From contig CAWKCK010000003.1 in assembly GCA_963848135.1 (NCBI GenBank), positions 1,116,001 to 1,163,940 on the forward strand: a stretch of 47,940 bases of DNA. Direction: 5' to 3'. The position numbers and the translations under genes were made by a program. This document shows positions 1 through 9,657 of this stretch, in pieces. Within the stretch, counting starts at the first letter, position 1. Each line of letters opens with the position of its first letter. The notes under the pieces are model-generated. The model saw only the letters and a list, made by a program, of their open reading frames with translations. It was not told the DNA's origin and ran no database searches. The stretch comes from an uncultured delta proteobacterium (GTDB lineage Bacteria; Desulfobacterota; Desulfobacteria; Desulfobacterales; SG8-13).

Positions 1-812
1 AAACCCGCGGCTGCAAAAAGATCGGCCAGATGCCCTTCCAGCCGGTCGACCCTTATTTCACTGATCAGCGAAAGAACCCCGTTGTGATTGATGCCCTGTA
101 TTTTCTCGAGCAGTGTCTTGAGACCGGGTCGGGCATTAATGGTCGGATCGAGCAGGTAGAGTTCGGCTATTCCGTTTTCTGCCGCCCATCTCACGGTTTC
201 CAGCAGCAGGTGTTCGTCCTTGAAAGTTAGGTGGTCGCGGGATTTACTGTAGTAACAGTAGCCGCAATGAAAAGGGCAGCCACGCTGAGTCTCAAGCAAG
301 ACCATGTTTTCGATTTCCGGCTCCAGCAGCCCCGCGATATAGGGGCTGGGGCTGGATCTGAAAACCGGTCCGGCACTGTTGGAAGCGGTTTTTTCAGTCC
401 AGAGACCGGGATCCGCCATCAATCGGCGGAAGGTGGTTTCGCCTTCACCGAATGCAAGAAAATCGACTGCCGCCGATCGCACCAGCACGTTGTCAGGGGT
501 GACTTCCGGGCCGCCAAAAATAATCCGGCACGGCAGGACCTCTTTTATCTTTTCAGCCAGAAAAAGCGAGCGCTTTAGGTTCCAGCAATAGACTGAAAAT
601 CCGACCACATCCGGTTGCCGGGCGCGTATCTGTTCCAGCAGCGCCCCATCGCCCAGGTACGATACTGTGCTTTCGGGCAACATCGTCACCTCTGCACCGG
701 GAATATCGGACGCAGACTGCTTCAGGCAAGCGGCACCCAAAGGAATGTTGCCCGTCTGTTTGCCGTAATTCAGCTGGGGAATGGGAAGCTGCAGCAGAAG
801 TGCGCGGGTCAT
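1..812 (-). CDS. B12-binding domain radical SAM protein (3' end outside window)
   Basis: Not in the ORF track because no stop lies inside the window. Manual translation from ATG 812 gives MTRALLLQLPIPQ...PDVVGFSVYCWN...IIFGGPEVT...FGEGE...LETQRGCPFHCGYCYY in one frame: a cobalamin-binding region followed by a CxxxCxxC motif. Confidence 0.9.
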   Translation of the reverse strand, partial: MTRALLLQLPIPQLNYGKQTGNIPLGAACLKQSASDIPGAEVTMLPESTVSYLGDGALLEQIRARQPDVVGFSVYCWNLKRSLFLAEKIKEVLPCRIIFGGPEVTPDNVLVRSAAVDFLAFGEGETTFRRLMADPGLWTEKTASNSAGPVFRSSPSPYIAGLLEPEIENMVLLETQRGCPFHCGYCYYSKSRDHLTFKDEHLLLETVRWAAENGIAELYLLDPTINARPGLKTLLEKIQGINHNGVLSLISEIRVDRLEGHLADLFAAAG

Positions 813-866
813 TTTCACGTGTATTGCCGTGGGATCACCTCGAACCGAGGTGGTACCTTAAATCGC

Positions 867-1073
867 TCACCCGGAGGGCTTACAGGCTTGCTTGGCGTCG
901 AAACCACCTGAGCCTTTGGCGATGCCGCTGGCGCGGAAACAGCCGGCTGACATGAGTTTTTCAACGTCGGGGCAGGCACATTCGGGGCATTTCGGGGCAG
1001 ACTCCCTGGGGGACAGGGCCAGGTATTCAAAGCAATGGCAGCAGCCCTTACACTGGTATTCATAGATCGGCAT
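867..1073 (-). CDS. FmdB-family zinc-ribbon protein
   Basis: MPIYEYQCKGC...CPEC...VEKLMS signature; start trimmed to MPIYEY, with GGAGAGG upstream. Confidence 0.9.
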   Translation of the reverse strand: MPIYEYQCKGCCHCFEYLALSPRESAPKCPECACPDVEKLMSAGCFRASGIAKGSGGFDAKQACKPSG

Positions 1074-1184
1074 GCGAATCCTCTCCAAATTCAAGTCCCA
1101 TCAATGGGATGATATCCGGCGAATTAATCCGCCTCTTCGTCAAGCGTGTTTTTTAGTGGAATAATATTCATTCGAAATGCGGGT

Positions 1185-1601
1185 TCAAGGTTTCCAGCGG
1201 ACAGGTAGACGAATCCCGGCGTTTTTTTTCCGTCCGGGTCGCTCCTTTTCGTGCGCGTCCATTTTCTCCCGCCAGCGATAGAGCGCTTCCCAGACTTGAT
1301 AATAGGCATCCCGTCGCAATTCATCGCTCCCGGAAACGACATTCTTTTTCACGGAGGTATAATCCACCTGGAGCGCGCTATCTGCAAGATAGGCTGACCA
1401 GGCCTGTTTGGTAATCTTGAGTCGATAGCGGTAGGCGCGGCCCTCTCCTTTTATAATTTGACTTTCATCGCAATAGCCGCTCAATTTTTTTGCCAGGTTG
1501 CAAATATCCTCTTTGCACTGGCACCGAACCGCAAGTTCGTCACCGCGGCAATCCTTGTCCCAAACGACGGAGAAAAATCCTTCTCGGGTGAATACCCACA
1601 T
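1185..1601 (-). CDS. conserved hypothetical protein (MWVFTxxGFFSVV N-terminus)
   Basis: 138-aa ORF with a GGGGA RBS, co-oriented with the FmdB and radical SAM genes. Confidence 0.7.
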   Translation of the reverse strand: MWVFTREGFFSVVWDKDCRGDELAVRCQCKEDICNLAKKLSGYCDESQIIKGEGRAYRYRLKITKQAWSAYLADSALQVDYTSVKKNVVSGSDELRRDAYYQVWEALYRWREKMDAHEKERPGRKKNAGIRLPVRWKP

Positions 1602-1867
1602 TTATATGTCCCCTGCTGGTAACCGAACCCGGTGGCGCTAAAATCATCCGAATAGAGATTCGTGGCCGTTGAAGAACAATACAACGCCCCCATTCCACCC
1701 GGTTGTGTCATTGCTTAGAACCGGTTAACGGTCCAACCATTCGATGTTTGGTTGAAAAATTGTCATTTTCGACTTATGCTATAGCACAAAGCATCCTGCG
1801 AAAACAATTGTAGGTTCGAAATTACGGGCAGCGCCATGATTTGCGAATCCGCGCTGAACATTCCACC

Positions 1868-1887
1868 AGCCCGAAACGGGCTTTTTT
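1868..1887 (+). terminator. intrinsic terminator-like hairpin in the PPIase 5' leader
   Basis: AGCCCG-AAA-CGGGCT followed by a T run, ending about 18 nt before ATG 1906. Confidence 0.5.
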
Positions 1888-1905
1888 AATTGAAAGGAAA
1901 ACATC

Positions 1906-2880
1906 ATGATTTCAGTGAACCGCCGGCATGTGGTGGCGACCTTTATGACGGTTTACCTGCTGGTGACCGCCGGACTTGCCGTGGCGCAGAAGACACCTTC
2001 CGATAAGGTAGCGGTTGTTAATGGAACCGCCATTTCAGCGACTGACCTCGATCGGGAGGTCAAGTTGTGGTCGGAGCGAATGGCCAGCCAGGGACGCCAG
2101 TTACCCCCTGACCAGTTGCCCGCCGTTAGAAACCAGATACTTGAGAGCCTGATAAGCCAGGAACTGCTCTATCAGGCGAGTAAAAAAAATAAAATCAAGG
2201 TCGATCAGAAGATCATCGACGAACGCTATGATGCCATAAAGAAACGCTTCAAAACAGAGGAAGAATTCAAGGACGCCATTGCAAAAATGGGTGTCACCGA
2301 AGCCATTATCCGGGCACAACTCGAGAAAGGCCTGGCCATCGACGAATTGCTTAAGACCAAAATCGTCAAGGATATCGAAGTGACCGATGAGGAGAGCCGC
2401 AAATACTATGACGAGCATCTGGATCAATTCAAACAGGCTGAGCAGGTGAAGGCCAGCCATATCCTGATCAAGGTCGAGCCCACCGCCACTGACGAACAGA
2501 AAGCCGAGGCGCGCAAGAAGATCGAGACGGTTCAGGGGAAGCTTAAAAAAGGTGACGATTTTGCCGCCGTGGCCAAGGAATATTCGGAAGGACCGAGCAA
2601 GAGCCGGGGGGGCGAACTGGGATTCTTTCAACGCGGACAAATGGTCAAACCATTCGAGGATGCCGCCTTTACGATGGAGCCCGATCAGGTCAGCGACGTG
2701 GTCGAAACCAAATTCGGTTATCATATAATAAAGGTTTCAGAGAAAAAAACAGAGAGCACGGCCTCTTACAGTGAAGTCAAAGACCAGGTCCAACAGCAGT
2801 TGAAACAGCAGAAAACCCGGCAGGCGGTCGAAAAATACGTGGAAGATTTGCGGAAAAAAGCCAAGATCGAGATATTGTAG
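1906..2880 (+). CDS. periplasmic parvulin-type peptidyl-prolyl isomerase (SurA/PrsA-like)
   Basis: Signal peptide, VAVVNGTAIS SurA-N-like region, parvulin motifs VKASHILIK, FAAVAKEYSEGPS, GGELGFF, ETKFGYHIIKV. Confidence 0.95.
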   Translation: MISVNRRHVVATFMTVYLLVTAGLAVAQKTPSDKVAVVNGTAISATDLDREVKLWSERMASQGRQLPPDQLPAVRNQILESLISQELLYQASKKNKIKVDQKIIDERYDAIKKRFKTEEEFKDAIAKMGVTEAIIRAQLEKGLAIDELLKTKIVKDIEVTDEESRKYYDEHLDQFKQAEQVKASHILIKVEPTATDEQKAEARKKIETVQGKLKKGDDFAAVAKEYSEGPSKSRGGELGFFQRGQMVKPFEDAAFTMEPDQVSDVVETKFGYHIIKVSEKKTESTASYSEVKDQVQQQLKQQKTRQAVEKYVEDLRKKAKIEIL

Positions 2881-2917
2881 TTAGTGCCCATCTACGAACT
2901 TTTTAAGGCACTAATGA

Positions 2918-3059
2918 GTGTCCAATTCATAAATGTGGATTTTTTCCGTTGGGCAAGGCCGCACAAGGGTTTGCGGCGAGGCGTACTTTATGTGCGCCGC
3001 AGCCGGAAACCCGCGGAGAACGCAGCCCAGCAGAAAAAAGACCATTTATGGATGGACAC
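2918..3059 (+). mobile_element. MITE family A, copy 1 (142 bp)
   Basis: TIRs GTGTCCAATTCATAAATG / CATTTATGGATGGACAC; similar copies of the same length at 32226 and 34890. Confidence 0.9.
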
Positions 3060-3068
3060 TAGTTAGCG

Positions 3069-3926
3069 ATGGCCTGCCGGCTCAAAAGGTTATCGACGAT
3101 GCAGGAAGCCGCAGGGGACATACCGAGCCATGTAGAACGCCGACTCCACCATTGGGTCGCAGACGTGGTTCCATTTCGTAAGAATATCCTCTATTCCCAT
3201 CAGGCTTCCGCGGTTCTTTTCCTGCTTGGGAGACGGGCCTTGGGTGACGGGAGTGCCGAAACCTGCTTGATTCTCAACAAGCGCTCCCGGAAAGTGCGAC
3301 AGCCGGGAGACCTTTGTTGCCCCGGTGGCGGTATCGTCCCTTGGTTGGATCGCCACCTGGCCCGATTACTCAGAATCCGGGGGTCGCCACTGTCGCGTTG
3401 GGCCTATTGGTCCGATTGGCGCCGCCAGCGGCCGAATGACGCTTTCAACCTGGCACTTCTGTTGGCAACAGGGTTGCGGGAGAGTTTTGAAGAAATGCAT
3501 CTGAATCCCCTGGGGGTCAGGTTTCTTGGGGTTCTTCCGGTGCAGCGGCTGGTCATGTTTCAAAGGGAAATACATCCCTTTGCATGCTGGATCTCTCGTC
3601 AGCGACGGTTCTATCCCAATTGGGAAGTTGAAAAGATCGTTACCATACCACTGAACCGTCTGCTGGAGCCGGCAAACTATGCCCGCTACCGTTTGGAGAT
3701 TGATCTTCCGGAAAACCGTCTTCAGGGCCGCCGCAGCAGGGAAATCAGAGAATTCCCTTGTTTTCTTCACAATCAGGGCGGCTTTACCGAGAGACTCTGG
3801 GGTGCTACTTTTCGGATTACGATGAATTTTTTAAATTGGGTTTATGGATTCGAGCCGCCGAATATCGAAGATTTGGAAATCGTCGAGGGCAGACTTGACC
3901 GCAATTATGCGGCCGGCCGCGTGTGA
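3069..3926 (+). CDS. Nudix hydrolase, CoA-pyrophosphatase-like (start uncertain)
   Basis: ASAVLFLL, LILNKRS..VRQPGDLCCPGG, LRESFEEM, PNWEVEKI, LWGATFRI motifs. Confidence 0.85.
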   Translation: MACRLKRLSTMQEAAGDIPSHVERRLHHWVADVVPFRKNILYSHQASAVLFLLGRRALGDGSAETCLILNKRSRKVRQPGDLCCPGGGIVPWLDRHLARLLRIRGSPLSRWAYWSDWRRQRPNDAFNLALLLATGLRESFEEMHLNPLGVRFLGVLPVQRLVMFQREIHPFACWISRQRRFYPNWEVEKIVTIPLNRLLEPANYARYRLEIDLPENRLQGRRSREIREFPCFLHNQGGFTERLWGATFRITMNFLNWVYGFEPPNIEDLEIVEGRLDRNYAAGRV

Positions 3927-3985
3927 GCGGCTCATTATAGCCGGTTTTCGCGCGGACAATTCCGTGACTTTTTTTTAAATAAACG

Positions 3986-4264
3986 AGCCCTCGGGGAGTT
4001 TTTACCATCCGGTAGCGGAGGGAATAATCAGCGACTTCAGCGCGCAAGCTCATGCATAAGGCAACCTAAGGAAAGAACAGATTTCATAATGGTATAAAAG
4101 TGTTGAGCTCAGTTCGCTTATTATGATCCGAATCTGATAACCGAGGTTTCCGCTGTTCTTTCCCAAAGTTGCCTAATGCATTCGGAAAGTGCACGCTTTC
4201 GCTGCTGATCACTCCCTCAGCTCTGGTTCAGCATTTGCGGGAAAAACTCCCCGACCCCTGAAAT
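3986..4264 (+). repeat. long-hairpin repeat family B, copy 1 (~280 bp)
   Basis: Nested inverted repeats TCGGGGAGTTTT/AAAACTCCCCGA, GAGGGAATAATCAGC/GCTGATCACTCCCTC and GGAAAGAACAG/CTGTTCTTTCC; other copies at 8637 and 35188. Confidence 0.9.
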
Positions 4265-4408
4265 AAACTAAAGCCGCCATTGGGCGAATCGGCGGGCTCA
4301 TATTTACCGCCTCCTTAACGATGGATTCTATCCCTTGGCTGGTTCCGTGGATGGATGACCTTGAAGAATTCGCGACCACACTCTTAAACCGGAAAAGACC
4401 GATTGTAA

Positions 4409-5593
4409 ATGGCTTCAGATATCGCTGGCTCCGCCCCTAAACCCGTTCTTGCCCCCGCCAATGGATTCCAGATCGGTAAGATCGTCGCCCTGTCGATCTG
4501 CCACTTCATTCACGACGCGTATTCCAGTTTTCTGGCGCCGCTGCTGCCGTTGCTGATCGAGAAGCTTTCCCTGACCTTGACCCAAGCCGGCTTCCTGTCC
4601 ACCGTCATGCAACTGCCGGCCCTCTTGAATCCATACCTCGGCACCCTGGCCGACCGCTACAGCGTTCGTTATTTCATCATTTTGGCTCCGGGTATCACAG
4701 CGGTCACGATGAGTCTAATTGGTCTGGCGCCCAGCTATGGCGTTCTGCTGCTCTTGCTGTTGATTGCCGGCATCAGTGTCGCGATATTCCATGTGCCGTC
4801 ACCGGTGATGGTGGCCCGTCTGTCTGGTACGAAAAAGGGCCGGGGGATGAGCTTTTTTATGACCGGGGGAGAACTGGCACGGTCACTGGGCCCGCTGGTG
4901 GCCGTCGGTGCGGTTTCGCTGCTGGGATTGGAAGGGTTTTATCCGGTCATGATTGTGGGCGTGCTGGCCTCCCTATGGCTCTTCCTGCGGTTCAGAGACA
5001 TTCCCATACGAACCGAAACTGGTCAGCCGACCTCGGTGAGGAGGACGTGGCGGGAGATGCGGCATATTCTGCGGCCCCTGTCTGCCATCCTCATTTTCCG
5101 CGGCTTCATGCATGCCTCTATCACGGCTTTTTTACCGACCTTCATTAACCTCGAGACCGGGAATCTGTGGTTGGCCGGGATTGGCCTCACCGTTTTCGAG
5201 GCCGCCGGGGTTGCCGGGGTGCTTGCCGCCGGTTCATTGAGCGATCGTTTCGGACGGCGGCGGATTCTGCTGATGTCCATGCTGGGTGCACCGGTCAGTC
5301 TGTTTCTGTTTACCGCCATAGGCGGTTGGCTCGGGTTTGCCGCATTGGTTCTGGTGGGGTTCAGCCTGCTTTCAACAACGCCTGTGATGCTGGCCCTGGT
5401 GCAGGAGCATGCCGGGAGCAGTCCGTCGGCGGCCAACGGTTTTTTCATCATGATATCCTTCATGGCCAGATCGGCCGTGGTGGTTCTGGTTGGATTTATC
5501 GCCGATCAGATCGGATTGCGCACCACCTATTTTCTGAGTGCATTCCTGGGGCTGGCGGGCATACCGTTTGTGCTCAAATTGCCCCACAAGTAA
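4409..5593 (+). CDS. MFS transporter (Fsr/fosmidomycin-resistance-like)
   Basis: About 12 hydrophobic segments; HFIHDAYSSFLAPLLP, GTLADRYS, FHVPS, GSLSDRFGRRR motifs. Confidence 0.92.
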   Translation: MASDIAGSAPKPVLAPANGFQIGKIVALSICHFIHDAYSSFLAPLLPLLIEKLSLTLTQAGFLSTVMQLPALLNPYLGTLADRYSVRYFIILAPGITAVTMSLIGLAPSYGVLLLLLLIAGISVAIFHVPSPVMVARLSGTKKGRGMSFFMTGGELARSLGPLVAVGAVSLLGLEGFYPVMIVGVLASLWLFLRFRDIPIRTETGQPTSVRRTWREMRHILRPLSAILIFRGFMHASITAFLPTFINLETGNLWLAGIGLTVFEAAGVAGVLAAGSLSDRFGRRRILLMSMLGAPVSLFLFTAIGGWLGFAALVLVGFSLLSTTPVMLALVQEHAGSSPSAANGFFIMISFMARSAVVVLVGFIADQIGLRTTYFLSAFLGLAGIPFVLKLPHK

Positions 5594-5712
5594 TAATCAC
5601 CGCAGAGGGGCCAATAGTGTGGCACGGCAAGAGGCGCTCAGCGATTTCAGTCTGGGGACTATGTCTAAAAATACGTAATGATGCACAGCATTCCATCGGG
5701 AAGGAGACGTCA

Positions 5713-5970
5713 ATGGCCAAAGAGAAAATCAGGCGGATGAACGGGGTTATTGCCTCCGTTTTTTCCCATACCGGTTACATTTCAAAAGAGGACGCCAGGG
5801 AAATCAGCGGATTGGATGACAGCGAGTTCGACAAGGTATACGCAAAAGCGGCCGCGATCAGCCAGAAGATAATCAACACCGGGGGTAACAAGGTGGACGC
5901 GTTCATCGAGCATATTGCCAAAGAAATAGACGCCGACACGGCCCATTACGGTGGTAAAATTTTCAAATAG
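5713..5970 (+). CDS. small hypothetical protein (85 aa)
   Basis: AAGGAG RBS 6 nt before ATG 5713 (MAKEKIRR...); the longer 5167 start in the ORF track overlaps the MFS gene. Confidence 0.75.
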   Translation: MAKEKIRRMNGVIASVFSHTGYISKEDAREISGLDDSEFDKVYAKAAAISQKIINTGGNKVDAFIEHIAKEIDADTAHYGGKIFK

Positions 5971-5988
5971 TTACAGAATCTTAGCGTG

Positions 5989-7425
5989 TTATTTTTTCTT
6001 CTTACGCCCATGGGACCGCGGCCGGTCGGCCGCGAGTGCTTTGGCTGGGATCAACCCGGTGGCACTGGCCGATACGATGTTACCGGCGACACCAGGGCCG
6101 TCCCCGGCGACGAACATGCCGCGGATTGTCGTTTCCAGCGCGCTCGTTGTCTCAATCTGGGTGGCGAAAAATTTGATCTCCGGGGCATAGAGAAGGGTTT
6201 CGGCATTGGAAACACCCGGTATAACGAGGTTGAGCTTTTCAAGGCCTTCGATGAGGTTGGTCAGAATCCTTTCCGGTAAAGCCATGGCGATATCCCCGCA
6301 GACGACATCGGTCAAACTCGGTTCGATATAGCCCTTGCGGATGCGGTTCCAAGTGCTGCGCCGCCCGCGCTTCAGATCCCCAAAACGCTGGAGAATCGGT
6401 TTGCCACCACCGATCAGCGATGCCAGGCTGCCGATGGCCTCGCCATAGGCCTGGTTATCTGTCACCGGCTCTGTGAGAACCACTTTCGACAGAAAAGCGA
6501 AATTGGTGTTCTCAGATTTTTCATGGCGGTAGGCGTGGCCGTTGACGCAGACAAAGCGGCTGTAGTTTTCTTTGGTCACGAATCCGCCTTTATTGGTGCA
6601 GAACGTGCGGGTCTGATCGTCATATTTGCTGGTTTGAATAAAAAAGGTCGGATCGTAGATGACGTTGCAGAGGTCCTGCATGATGTCGTTGTGCACCTCA
6701 ACCCGCACACCGACCTCGATGCCGCGCTGCTTGATCTTGAGGCCGTGTTTTTGTGCCAGCCCGCCGATCCAGTTGGCACCCACCCGGCCAGGTGCCAGAA
6801 TAACGTTATCGGCACGGTATTGCTTGCGATTGGTCACGACGCCGGCCACTCGCTGGTTTTTGACGATGATATCTTCGACCGTTTCTGATGTGTGTATAGA
6901 CACCTTTCTGGATTTGATGTAATCCCGCATGGTGGCGATATGATCCGGAAGACAGTCGCTCCCCAGGTGCTTCTGTTTGATGATCAGAAGGTCAATGCCG
7001 TGCATCTTAGCCATTTTGCGGATGTTGCGGGCCTCTTCCATATCCGTTGGATAAACGGGTCCGTCCATTCCGAAACGGTTGAAAATCGACTCCGTCTCCG
7101 CGATCAAACTTTCGGCCTGGAGGCGTGGCATGAACTGGGTCAGATCGGTTTTGCCCAGTTTGTGGATATAGTTGAGTTTGCCGTCCGAAAACAGACCGGC
7201 CCCGCCGATTCCCGAAAGGATGTTGCAGGGCGTGCAGTCAAGGCACTTCTGGTTGTCTGACATCGGGCAATGGCGTTTTAGGGGGCCTTTGCCCATTTCG
7301 ATCAGCAGGATATCCAGATCCGTATGCTCGCAGAGGTAATAGGCGGCGAACAACCCGGCCGGGCCGCCGCCCACGATAATCACATCGTGCTTTCGGTCCT
7401 TGCCGGTGGAAACTGCTCGGGGCAT
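5989..7425 (-). CDS. NAD(P)/FAD-dependent oxidoreductase (uncharacterised FAD dehydrogenase type)
   Basis: VIIVGGGPAGLFAA Rossmann motif, GIGGAGLFSDGKL, RTFCTN, MFVAGDGPG; GGGAGG RBS before ATG 7425. Confidence 0.92.
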   Translation of the reverse strand: MPRAVSTGKDRKHDVIIVGGGPAGLFAAYYLCEHTDLDILLIEMGKGPLKRHCPMSDNQKCLDCTPCNILSGIGGAGLFSDGKLNYIHKLGKTDLTQFMPRLQAESLIAETESIFNRFGMDGPVYPTDMEEARNIRKMAKMHGIDLLIIKQKHLGSDCLPDHIATMRDYIKSRKVSIHTSETVEDIIVKNQRVAGVVTNRKQYRADNVILAPGRVGANWIGGLAQKHGLKIKQRGIEVGVRVEVHNDIMQDLCNVIYDPTFFIQTSKYDDQTRTFCTNKGGFVTKENYSRFVCVNGHAYRHEKSENTNFAFLSKVVLTEPVTDNQAYGEAIGSLASLIGGGKPILQRFGDLKRGRRSTWNRIRKGYIEPSLTDVVCGDIAMALPERILTNLIEGLEKLNLVIPGVSNAETLLYAPEIKFFATQIETTSALETTIRGMFVAGDGPGVAGNIVSASATGLIPAKALAADRPRSHGRKKKK

Positions 7426-7710
7426 CTCATCCTCCCTTCGGTCGGGTCTTGTACCCGTTGAAACATTATACCGTCTGAAATACGGCAAGAGTGGTAAGGG
7501 TGGCTGGTGCAGAAAACGTTCGACTAACGGCACGTTTTTTTGACAACCACTATAAACGCTGTCAATAATATAGCATCTGTAGGGATTTGCCTTCAAGGAT
7601 GAAAGCAGATACTGTGGCGCATGCCGAATGCTTGTGTTTCGTCATGGCCTGTCTTACCTTAGCCGAAAACAGAAAGAAAGCCTTGCCGCCGCAGGGGGAG
7701 ATGATCCAAT

Positions 7711-8532
7711 ATGACCAACGGGGATTACTACAAGATCTTAGGCGTCGAAAAAGATACGCCTGTCAACAAAATAAGGGATGCCTATCGCAAATTGGCCTAC
7801 CAGTACCATCCGGATCGCAACCCGGAAGATGCCGGCGCGGCCGAGACGATGAAGCAGGTCAACGAGGCCTACTCCGTGCTGTCCAATCCGGAGAAACGTC
7901 AGCAATACGATTCCCTGCGCCACCGTTTCGGTGATGCGGCCTACAGTCGCTTCAGGCAATCTTACACCGAACAGGACGTGTTCAAAAACTCGGATATCCA
8001 TCAAGTATTCGAGGAAATGGCCCGGTCTTTTGGATTTAGGGGTGTCGATGAGGTTTTTCGCGATTTTTACGGTCCGGGGTATCGGGGTTTTTCTTTCACA
8101 CGACCCGGATTTTTTGCCAAAGGCTTTGTTTTTACAGGTACGGGTCCAATAAAATCCCCTTATGATCTCAAGCTGCCACATGCCGGCCTACTTGGAAAGC
8201 TTGCCCGTCGGCTACTGAAAAACGTCAGTGGTGTCGAACTCCCGGAAAAAGGGAGGGATGTTCACGATACCATTCGTATCGACCCGCAACTGGCGATGAC
8301 CGGCGGGCCTTACGCTTATTTCCTGCGTGAACAGTCGAAAAAACTGGTGGTAAAAATTCCATCGGGTGTGCGTGACGGTCAGAAGATCCGCCTGACCGGT
8401 ATGGGGTACGGCGGAAGTGGCGGCGGCCAGACAGGTAATCTCTACCTGAAAGTTCACATCCGGCGTCCGATACTGGAAACCGTCAAGGGAAAAATTTCAC
8501 GATTTATCACGCCTGATAAGCGCCTGAAATAA
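7711..8532 (+). CDS. DnaJ-domain protein (no zinc finger, CbpA-like)
   Basis: DYYKILGV...YHPDRN...[10 protein letters not shown]-domain; C-terminal [24 protein letters not shown]. Confidence 0.92.
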   Translation: MTNGDYYKILGVEKDTPVNKIRDAYRKLAYQYHPDRNPEDAGAAETMKQVNEAYSVLSNPEKRQQYDSLRHRFGDAAYSRFRQSYTEQDVFKNSDIHQVFEEMARSFGFRGVDEVFRDFYGPGYRGFSFTRPGFFAKGFVFTGTGPIKSPYDLKLPHAGLLGKLARRLLKNVSGVELPEKGRDVHDTIRIDPQLAMTGGPYAYFLREQSKKLVVKIPSGVRDGQKIRLTGMGYGGSGGGQTGNLYLKVHIRRPILETVKGKISRFITPDKRLK

Positions 8533-8636
8533 TATTCCATTTGCAAAAGGGAACTGACGTTTTTGGTTGAGGCATTGAACAGATTGACAAACCGGTTAAA
8601 GCCATGTACGCCAGACCGGAATAGATTAGAAAGATG

Positions 8637-8916
8637 AGCCATAGGGGCGTTTTCATCATCTGGAAGCGGAGGGAATGATCAGCGACTTCAGCGCGCAAAC
8701 TCATGCATAAGGCCGCCTAAGGAAAGAACAGATTTCATAATGATATAGAATTGTTCAGTTTAATTCACCATTTTTAGACTGAAGCTGACAGTCGGGGTTG
8801 CTGCTGTTCTTTCCCAAGGCGGCCTAAAGCATTCAGGCAGTGCTCGCTTTCGCTGCTGATCATTCCCTCCGCTCTGGGCCAGCATTAGCGGTAAAAACTC
8901 CCCAACAGCTGAGATA
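8637..8916 (+). repeat. long-hairpin repeat family B, copy 2
   Basis: Collinear with copy 1; AGCGGAGGGAATGATCAGC / GCTGATCATTCCCTCCGCT form a perfect inverted pair. Confidence 0.9.
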
Positions 8917-8961
8917 AATATCTGTTGTTCTCCGACCTAAGAATTTCCGCCCCCTTTGCCT

Positions 8962-9657
8962 ATGCAACTGCAGGTCAACAATCTGACCCTCAAATACCCC
9001 GGAACCATCCATCACGTTTTCAGAGACCTTACCTTCGAGTTGAAAACGCCGGGATTCAATTCCCTCTTCGGACCATCAGGGGTCGGTAAAACCTCCCTGG
9101 CCCAAATTCTTACCGGTGACCTACCGGGCTTTTCCGGTCAAATAGCCCATCGGGGAATGACGACGTTTCTCTATTCTTACAATCTGGAACGTCTGCCGGG
9201 ATGGTCCAGTGTCGGCAAGCACCTCGTAAAAGTCACTCCCTCCCATCGTCATGATCGCAGAGAAGAGCTGGTTAACGTTTTCGGAATCGAAGAATGCCTT
9301 CAACAGCGATTTGGCCAGCTTTCTCTGGGTCAGCGAAACCGCGTCAACCTTCTGCGCTATCTTTTGCAGGAATTCGATCTGCTGATCATGGACGAAAGCC
9401 TTGCCAATGTCGACGAGATCACCCGGGAAACCATTCTATTGAAAATAAAGGCCATGTTTCCGGAGACCCACTTTCTCTATATATCGCACAATGTGGTCGA
9501 GGTTGCCAAGTTTTGTAATGATATAGTGGTGTTGAGAGGGGCGGGGCGACAATCGCAGGCAACCATTGTGTCGGGGCAGGACGCCCGGTTCGGCCAGAAG
9601 ATCGACCCCCACAATATGGACCGAACCATGCTGGAGATCGTCAATGCTTCTTCATAG
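8962..9657 (+). CDS. ABC transporter ATP-binding protein (TauB/SsuB-like)
   Basis: Walker A GPSGVGKT, signature LSLGQRNR, Walker B LLIMDE, H-loop ISHN. Confidence 0.92.
   Translation: MQLQVNNLTLKYPGTIHHVFRDLTFELKTPGFNSLFGPSGVGKTSLAQILTGDLPGFSGQIAHRGMTTFLYSYNLERLPGWSSVGKHLVKVTPSHRHDRREELVNVFGIEECLQQRFGQLSLGQRNRVNLLRYLLQEFDLLIMDESLANVDEITRETILLKIKAMFPETHFLYISHNVVEVAKFCNDIVVLRGAGRQSQATIVSGQDARFGQKIDPHNMDRTMLEIVNASS

Noticed and set aside
2884..3181. ORFs 2884-3066 and 2933-3181 (also 32284-32532 and 34765-35034)
   Set aside because: They are translations of MITE family A and recur wherever the repeat occurs.
5167..5712. Long N-terminal extensions in the ORF track (5167, 7596 and 24532 starts)
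   Set aside because: They overlap neighbouring genes or regulatory DNA, and downstream ATGs have clear RBSs.
3817..8704. Paralogous MSLRAEVAD... ORFs at 3817-4053 and 8507-8704 as small toxins
   Set aside because: Similarity is confined to family B sequence and the ORFs run out into unrelated flanking genes.
8637..8960. TPP riboswitch upstream of the THI5-like ABC operon
   Set aside because: CTGAGA is present but belongs to the family B end, and the other TPP aptamer motifs are absent.
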